A stretch of 64,000 nt of DNA. Origin: Octopus vulgaris. Its lineage: Eukaryota. A model generated the notes under the pieces. The model was not told where the DNA came from. It worked only from the letters and a program-made list of their open reading frames with translations, and did not search any database. The position numbers and the translations under genes were made by a program. Location: the NCBI GenBank assembly GCA_951406725.2, contig OX597821.1, forward strand, positions 65,906,001 through 65,970,000. Direction: 5' to 3'. This document shows, piece after piece, positions 54,866-64,000 of this stretch (its first letter is position 1; each line of letters begins with the position of its first letter).

Positions 54866-55486
54866 ACACACACACAGATGTCCACACAACAATATACAAG
54901 GATTTATACACACACACACACACACAATACACGCATACAGAGATGCCCACAGAGTTATATACAAAGATGCATACACACGTATATATATGCCTATACACAC
55001 ACACACACACATATATGTGTGTTTGTGTGTGTGTGCGTATGTGTATATATACGTGTGTTTGTATGTGTGTGTGTATATTGTGGTGTGGACATCTGTGTAT
55101 GTTTATGCACGTGCATCTCTCTCCCTATCTATTTCTTTCTCTCGGTGTGTGTGTGTGTATATATATATATGTGCGTGTGTGTGTGCATATATACGTGTGT
55201 TTGTATGTGTGTGTGTATATTGTGGTGTGGACCTCTGTGTATGTTTATGCATGTGCATCTCTCTCCCTATCTATTTCTTTCTCTCGGTGTGTGTGTATAT
55301 ATATATGTGTGTATGTGTGTGTGTGCGTGTGTGTATATATATGTGTGTTTGTATATATGTGTGTGTATATATATTTTTATATATATTTATATATACACAC
55401 ACACCGAGAGAAAGAAATAGATAGGGAGAGAGATGCACGTGCATAAACATACACAGATGTCGACACCACAATATACAAGGACGCAT

Positions 55487-55517
<31 letters not shown>

Positions 55518-55669
55518 GATGTCTACACAACCATATATAAGCATGCCTCTCCATATAGTCACACATGAGTACGCCCATTGAGAAACATCACTGTGGCTAT
55601 TGTTGTTATTGGTGACACTGTCGCCGCCACCACCACCACCACCACTGTGGTCATCACAATCTTGATGTA

Positions 55670-55718
<49 letters not shown>

Positions 55719-56307
55719 GTTTAAGGCTATCAGTAACATAACACACCAGCACTCCATGTGCGGCTCCTTACACTTACCCCCTCACCCATGAGCAAGAGGA
55801 ATGAAAAGGGGGTCGATTGTTCTCCCATTGTAAGGAAGATATTGACCTTGACCAATATAACAAGAATGGGGAGGGAGTTGGATGGACAGCAGGAGGGGTG
55901 ATGCCACTTGGTTTTTTAGAGAAAGGGTACACACCTTGTGAATACATATGAAGGCAACTTCACCCATTGTTTCAAAAATGCAGGCTTTAACCAGAGAGCT
56001 TCTGACAGAGGGCACTCTATTAAGAGAGCTCATTACAAACATATGTATATGTATGTGTGTTTATATATATGGCTGTGTTGTAAGTAGCTTGCTTACCAAC
56101 CACATGGTTCTGGGTTGCTAGGCGTGCTTAACCATTCTGCCAGCTCACCATCCTTATGTTCTGAGTTCAAACTCTGCCCAGGTCAACTTTGCCTTTCATC
56201 CTTTCGGGGTCGATAAATTAAGTACCAGCGAAAGAAACACTTGGCTCAATGTTATTGACCTGCCCCCTCCCCCCAAATTTCAAGGCCTTGTGCCTTTGGC
56301 AGTAATG

Positions 56308-56343
<36 letters not shown>

Positions 56344-56556
56344 ATTACTCTTTTATTTGTTTCAGTCATTTGACTGTGGCCATACCGGAGCACCGCCTCC
56401 AGTTGAGCAAATCGACCCCAGGAATTATTCTTTGTAAGCCTAGTACATGTTCTATCAGTCTCTTTTGCCGCACCACTAAGTTACGGGGATGAAAACACTC
56501 CAGCATCAGTTGTCAAGTGATGTTGGGGGGACAAACACAGACACACAAGCATACAA

Positions 56557-56592
<36 letters not shown>

Positions 56593-56778
56593 CCCCCCAC
56601 ACACACACACATACACACACCCACACACACACTTATCAAAGAATGTATGGAATGGTAAAAGTCTTAGATTTTTATTTGCCTTTTCTAACAACTTTAGCTG
56701 CCAAACTGGGATTTGTATAGGGACTTTCATCTTATCAAACTTTCTTCTAATTTCAATATCACTAATAATAATAATAAT

Positions 56779-56814
<36 letters not shown>

Positions 56815-56819
<5 letters not shown>

Positions 56820-57325
56820 AATTATTGTATACAGTGCTCAGGTGCACCACAACTTGTCAAAAGTGCGTATAAAGCATATGCAGTAATGTACAAATGTCTG
56901 GAAAGTGAACAGTGTATGAGTGAGATACATGCTTGTGTGTGGTATGGAGTGTAGAAAATCAGGTGTAGTGTTGGTGAATCTCAGGAAGCATGGAAGTTTT
57001 GAAGGATGCGGTGCTCCGACAACTAACAACTGATGCGGGCAGTTTGTTCCATACTTCAGCAACTCTTAGCGTGACGTGAAAAAAATGTTTCCGAAAGTCA
57101 TGGGAGCTGTGCTGTTTTCTGACTTTGTAAACATGTCCACGGGTGTTAGACAGGTGGAGTTTGAAAAGGTGCTCAGAGATATTGTTACTAAGATGGTTAT
57201 AATTTTATGGGTGTCTGCCAAGTCAGGTGCCAGACATTGGAGTTTCAATGTATCCATGCCCAAGGAAGTAAGACATTCAGAATATGGCAAATGTCTGATG
57301 GAGGGTATTCTCTTGGTTGCGATGG
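56815..57325 (-). mobile_element. CR1-clade LINE 3' fragment
   Basis: Minus: PYSECLTSLGMDTLKL...TRGHVYK...HFF...WNKLPASVV...FK; (ATT)n tail. Confidence 0.85.
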
Positions 57326-57779
57326 TTCATAAACTCCTTTTAACTGTAAATACTATCCACCTTTTGTTGTCTACAACAGTTGTATACATACTCGATGCTT
57401 ATTATAACTTTCAACACTGTGTTCTTTTCTTTTACTGTAATAACCTATTACTTTCACACACACACACACACACACACGCACATTATGTACACACCATACT
57501 TACATGTATACAAACATCTGACTTGTTTTCAGTGTTGAGTTTACTTATCAATAAATGTTCTGTTTTTATTCTTAAAATCATTTAAGATTAATAACTTCAA
57601 TCTAACATTTACATGCATGCACACATACATACACATATACATACATACATACATACATACATACATACATACATACACACATATGCACGTACATACACAC
57701 AAGCACAAGAATTTTTGGACACAGTTCTATGCAGCACATTACCAGAAATGTAAGTCTTGGACACATCAACCATCATTAG

Positions 57780-58330
57780 ATGAAGACGACAATGACAACG
57801 ATGATAATTGTGATGATGATGTTGATGATGGTGATAACAGAGCTGATCATGATGGTGATGATGATGATGATGATGATGATGACTGTGATGATAATGATGA
57901 TGAGGAGAAGGATGATGATGGTGGCTGGGGTTATAATTGCGATGGGATGGCATTGCTGATCATGATGATGATGATGATGATGGTGACGACAATGCTGATC
58001 ATGATGGTGATAATGATGATGTTGATGGCAATGATTGGGTGATGATAACTGTGATGATGATGATGATGATGGTGATGACATTGCTGATCATGATGGTGAT
58101 AATGATGATGATGATGATGATGATGAGGGTGGTGGTAATGATGATGATGAGAATGCCAAGGATGAAGATAAAGATGATCATGATGATGATGATTGGTTGA
58201 TGATGATGATTGGTTGATGACCATGATGACAATAATGACAATGACAACAGTGATGATGATGATTGTGGTGGTGGTGGTGGGTGGTGGGTGGTTTGTGGTG
58301 GTGGTGGTGATGATGATGATGATGGGGATG
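57780..58330. repeat. (GAT)n-rich low-complexity block
   Basis: Visible; source of spurious poly-M/D/H ORFs. Confidence 0.95.
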
Positions 58331-59274
58331 ACAGGCACCAACTACCAACAACATTATGGTCACCATCACAAATTTATTATCAAATAAATACTCCCCACCT
58401 TATCTGTCTGCTTCTCACCAAGAATGCCCTTCCCTCGCTTCCGCCAGACACACACCTCCCTGACAAATTGATTGTTGGTTCAGGGGGGGAGAGAGAGAAT
58501 GTTCTGGAAGTTTTGAGAAAGAGGGTGGAGGTGAAATAAATGCCTGGCCCTGTGTATGTGTGTGTGTGTGAGAGGAATGGGAGAAGGGGAGAAAAGCAGT
58601 AGTGTCAGAGAATAGAATGTAAAGAGTACGGGGGGGGGTATGTCACCATTGTCCACTGAGAGAGAGGGAGAGAGGAAGGAAGGGGGTAAAAGGAAAATGA
58701 CAGAGAGGAAGAGGATGAGGAGCAGAAACTAGAGGTTTGATGAGGGAGATGTGTGAGGAAAAGGAGGAGGAAGAACAAGCTGAAAGGAGAGGACTGATGA
58801 GTTGGGGGTATGGTTAGTGGGTCAGGGGTCTGTGTGTGTGTGTGTGTGTGAAGGAGACAAAACTAGGGAAAGGTTTAATCAGGGAGTTGTGAATGAAGGA
58901 AGGAGCAAAGGGGTGGGGAGAGAGAGAGAGAGAGAGAGAGGTTTGATGATCAGGATGTTGTATCCAGAGGGAGTGCCAGAGAAGGAGAGGAGGGGGCAGC
59001 AATTTAATAGGGAAGGTCGTGTGGGGGAGGGCTAAAGCAAGTATGTCTAACTACTGGGTAATTAAGGAACAACAGAAGCATCTTGTCATGACATGGCATG
59101 TCTACAAGACACAATAATGTATGGATATAGGAATGGAAGTGTACACATGTATGTATGGATAGATATAAGAATGAATGTTTGCATGGAATTTGTGTAAGTG
59201 TGTGTATGTATATATGTATATATATGAATATATATATCGATAAATATGTAGATACTTATGTATGTATATATAGT

Positions 59275-59435
59275 CACAAGAGTGGCTGTGTGGTAAGTAG
59301 CTTGCTTACCAACCACTTGGTTCTGGGTTCAGTCCCACTGCGTGGCACCTTGGGCAAGTGTCTTCTACTATAGCCTCGGGCCGACCAAAGCTTTGTGAGT
59401 GGATTTAGTAGACAGAAACTGAAAGAAGCCCGTCG

Positions 59436-59468
<33 letters not shown>

Positions 59469-59686
59469 GTGTGTGTTTGTGTGTCTGTGTCTATCCCCCC
59501 AACATCGCTTGACAACCGATGATGGTGTGTTTGTGGCCCTGTAACGATTTGGCGAAAGAGACCAATAGAATAAGTATTAGGCTTACAAAGAATAAGGTCT
59601 GGGGTCGATTTGCTCAACTAAAAGGCGGTGCTCCAGCATGGCTGCAGTCAAATGACTGAAACAAGTAAAAGAGAGTAAAAGAGAGA
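59275..59686 (+). mobile_element. SINE family A, full length
   Basis: Head, TA/TG tract, 3' module, TAAAAGAG tail. Confidence 0.9.
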
Positions 59687-59699
59687 GTATGTGTGTGTG

Positions 59700-60020
59700 C
59701 GTGGAGGCACAATTGCCCAATGGTTAGGGCAGCGGACTTGTATTAATAGGATCGCAGTTTTGATTCCCAGACCGGGCGTTGTGAGTGTCTATTGAGTGAA
59801 AATACCTAAAGCTCTAGGAGGCTCTGGCAGGGTGTGGTGGCAAACCCTGCTGTACTCTTTCACCACAACTTTCTCCACTCTTTCTTCCTGCTTCTGTTGT
59901 GCCTGTATTTCAAAGGGCCAGCCTTGTCACACACCGAGAATTACGATAAGTGTACACATGTCTGTGGAGTGCTCAGCCACTTGCACGTTAATTTCACGAG
60001 CAGGCTGTTCCATTGATTGC
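59700..60020 (+). mobile_element. tRNA-derived SINE family E
   Basis: GTGGAGGCACAATTGCCCAATGGTTAGGGCAG...TTTGATTCCCAGACC head; body matches 46710-47000. Confidence 0.75.
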
Positions 60021-61444
60021 CAACATATATATATATATGAGTGCCAACATATTTATTATTCTTTTTTTTTTTACTCTTTTACTTGTTTCTATCATTTGAC
60101 TGCAGCCATGCTGGAGCAACGTTTTTAGTCGAACAAATCGACCATATTACTTATTCTATCGGCTCCTTCGGCTGAACCACTAAGTGATGGGGACGTAAGC
60201 ACACCAACATTGGTTGTCAAGCGATGGTGAAGCAACAAACACTGACACAAATAACAAATACATACATATGTCCTCTACTATAGCATCAGGCCGATCAAAA
60301 CCTTATGAGTGAGTTTGGTAGATGGAAACTGAAAGAAGCTCATTATACAAAAGTTTCTTCTTTTTCAGATTGAAGTTTATTTTTGGAACATCTTCCCATT
60401 ATGCACCATTTTGGGTATTTATTCTCTGAAAATCTCTAATGTCTTGAAAACTACTTGTTTCATTCGATTTGTATTAACATTTCAGGGTAAACTTAATTCA
60501 TAGTATTTTCCCATCATGCGCCAGTTTTGCTGAGTAACATTACAAGCACATAAGCAAGATTGAAGCTGACTTTTAATGTATCATAGACACACACGCACAT
60601 GCAAATGTGTGTGTGCAAGAGTGATTTTGTATAATGTACGTGTATATTCTATTGCCCTCCCAAAAGGCTCAAGGCTTACCATGAAAGGCAAGGTTGACTG
60701 TGACAGAATTTGAACTCAAAAGTATAAAGATGAATGAAATAAGCAAAGACAATAGCATAGATATTAAAAACTTTGTTAAAGCTACAGTTCAAATTTAGGT
60801 TTCTCTTAACAACCAGAAAATTTCATGCTGTAAACTAGTACAACTTTTTTCTGGTCATTTCTCTCCAACCTATGCCAGGTGAGAAAGCAAGGATAAAATG
60901 ATGACGCCCATGCAAAAAGAATTATTACACCCAAATGAAGCTTGTTTTTTATTCATCATCTTCATCACTGTTTAATGTTTCCAAGCCGGCATGGGTTGGA
61001 CGGTTTGACTGGGGTCGATCTAATCGACTGGCCTCCTCTCTCAAAATTTCAGGCCTTGTGCCTAGAGTAGAAAAGTATATATATACAAACACATACACAT
61101 TTTTACATATACACACACACGCAAAAATATAAACACAGACATGCTCTATGTAAGTACATGACTGCGGTGTAGAATATTCAATGGGGAAATGGCAGAGAAT
61201 TTATTTGCACTGGAAGTTGTATTTATCTGAAATTTGAAGTTTCCACTGCATCAGGACTCCAGATATATGTGTCTGCATATGAGAAGAGTATTTACCTACA
61301 TACGCAAGGGTATATTTGTATCTCCGTGTGCATTGTGCTTGTATGTATATATGTATATATGTACATGCGTTTGTGTACATATATATAGGTATATGTGTGT
61401 GTATATATGTACGTGTGAGCATATATTTTTTTCTTTTTCTTTTC

Positions 61445-61829
61445 TTTTACTTGTTTCAGTCATTTGACTGCGGCCATGCTTGAGCACCGCCTTTAATCAA
61501 GCAACTCGACCCCGGGACTTATTCTTTTGTAAGCCCAGTACTTATTCTATCGGTCTCTTAAGCTGAACCACTAAATACCAGGGACATAAACACACCAGCA
61601 TCGGTTGTCAAGCAATGCTAGGAGGACAAACACAGACACACAAACACACACACACATATATATATATATGATGGGCTTCTTGCAGTTTCCGTCTACCAAA
61701 TCCACTCACAAGGCTTTGGTCGCCCCAAGGCTATAGTAGAAGACACTTGCCCAAGGTGCCACGCAGTGGGACTGAACCCGGAACCATGTGGTTGGTAAAC
61801 AAGCTACTTACCCCACAGCCACTCCTGCG

Positions 61830-61833
<4 letters not shown>
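61445..61833 (-). mobile_element. SINE family A, full length
   Basis: Complete reverse-complement copy. Confidence 0.9.
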
Positions 61834-61874
<41 letters not shown>

Positions 61875-62296
61875 GTACATGGGTGTATGTGTCTATGTGT
61901 GTGTGTGTATTTGTACATATTTGAGTGAGAATGTACATGAGTCTGTCAATGTGTATGCATGCATGTGCGCATACATAAATACACTCGCATCCACACATAC
62001 ATACACACACACACACACACTAATAAATGTACAGAGGACTCCAGAAGTGTTTCCATAACCTTTTTGTAAGCCATCAACACGACCCAACATTTCCCTCCAA
62101 TTATCTTGTCACTGGACTAGCCTCTACCTACCCTCACCCTCTGCAAACAAACATAGCAAGCAACTGTGGGGCCAACCTTTAAGTATTCAGTTACTTTACT
62201 CAATTCACTTTCCTCTAATCATATCTTTAATATTGCCAGTGTATTGGATAACTTGTCACTTTGTCAATGTATATGAACTGTGGTTTCTTTGTGTTT

Positions 62297-62620
62297 ATCA
62301 TCATCATCATCATTGTCATTTAACGTCCACTTTCCATGCTGGCATGGGTTGAACAGTTTGACTGAGGACTGGCAAGCCAGAAGGCTGCACCAGGCTCCAA
62401 TCTGTCTGGCAAAGTTTCTACAGCTTGATACCCTTCCTAAAGCCAACTACTCTGAGAGTATAGTGGGTGCTTTTATGTGCTAGTGGCATGAGGGCCAGTC
62501 AGGCAGTTCTGGCAATGACCATGCTCAAAAGGTGTCCAGTGGCACTGACATTGACCACGCTCAAATGTTGAGTGCCAGTAAGGCAACACTGGCAATGATC
62601 AGGTGCTTTTTACATGTCAC
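62297..62620 (-). mobile_element. Family C (GAT)n-tailed retroposon
   Basis: (CAT)n then TTTAACGTCCACTTTCCATGCTGGCATGGGTTG...GGGTGCTTTTATGTG. Confidence 0.85.
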
Positions 62621-62856
62621 AGTACGTATATCTTTGCAAATGTGAATATGTGCGTACATGCATGTATGTATGTATGTATGTGTGTGTATGTAAGTATGTA
62701 TGTATCTATGTATGTATATGTGTGTGTGAATGAAATTATTCAGTTTTATTTCAAGATTACTTGCCAATAGAGAAAGACCAGTTCCTAACCTAGATCCAAG
62801 GCTCTAAGCATTGGAATTTCAACATCAACAGGGTATATATTTTTTGTATGTATGTA

Positions 62857-62903
<47 letters not shown>

Positions 62904-63951
62904 ATGTATGTATGTATGTATGTATGTATGTATGTATGTATGTATGTATGTATGTATTCTCATACATTTAGCTGCATGTCTAGACATACCCATGTATCCT
63001 TAAATGATAAACTCCTGAAAAGTTTTACTGCTTTTTACAGTTCCAGTGATGGATTAGATCTGTAGTCTTCAAATCAGCTTGAGGCACACTCTTGTGTGTG
63101 TGTGTGCGTGCGTGCGTGCATCTAAAATTTATCAATGTCTAACATAAGCACAAGGCCACAAAGAGAACAGGCAACATGGGTGACAATTATTAAATCAAAC
63201 CTAATTCTTGGTTCATACTTATTTCAATAACTTCTGGAGGAATGTAATACAAAATTTACCACAGGAGAATTTGAACTCAGAACTTAAATTAGTCATGATT
63301 ACTTACTTGAACACATTTTATGCAGTGTTAACCCATGACTGAGTATCTATATGTATCTATGTATCTATGTGTGAGTGTGTGCATGTATTAAGATGACTTT
63401 ACCCCATCACAGCAAATTTTTATATTTTACATTTTTTCTTTTTCATTTGTTAAATGCAATGCTAACAAAGAATAGACAAGATATATTGAAATAGAACCCC
63501 ACTGTAAGGATTTCAGCCTCATGTAACAGAGTGGAGTGACATTATATTCTTTTTGTCACTTCCCTAAAGAAATCTGCTCCAGAATCTGGCTAGGGTATTG
63601 TAATATATTGTTGCTTTGTATTTCATCACAACTATTGCATTGTGTCTCTTGACAATAGAGTTAACTGTTTCATTTTTTATAATCATTGATTTGGTCTGAA
63701 GCAAGAGGCTGTGTCCTTGACCATCAGAAACACAATGAGACTAGTGTGGTCAATGCACTTACTGCTTATACAGAACCATTGGCAAGTAACAGCTATAAGG
63801 AAAATGCAAGCTTGATTTACTAAGCTGTGAACTGACAATGAGCACTGACAAAGGAGCCGGTATGTGATCACAAGTATGCTAGAAACAACTATCAAATATC
63901 ACTCATATACATATGTATATATGTACATACATACATACATACATACATGCA

Positions 63952-64000
<49 letters not shown>

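Overview
AT-rich, microsatellite- and transposon-saturated animal DNA. The repeat families look like coleoid cephalopod, probably Octopus (inferred from recalled repeat families, no search run). No host protein-coding exon could be identified; nearly all ORFs in the track are translations of (CA/TA/GAT/GGT)n tracts, so the window is probably intronic or intergenic. It holds many copies of several tRNA-derived SINE families, a (GAT)n-tailed RTE-associated repeat with internal tandem arrays, CR1-, RTE- and RLE-type LINE remnants, a decayed DD37D (maT) transposase, Tc1/mariner-, pogo- and hAT-type MITEs with clear TIRs/TSDs, and a probable Helitron-like element. The most notable hidden signal is about a dozen minimal type I hammerhead-ribozyme motifs (stem I-core-stem II-GAAA-palindromic stem III-UH-stem I) from several unrelated Penelope-like repeat families. 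Two have compensatory swaps of the core 3-8 pair (U3-A8 at 41843-41884, G3-C8 at 53074-53121), one caps a ~145-nt rod-like hairpin, and one lies in the same insertion as a tRNA-like Pol III head.
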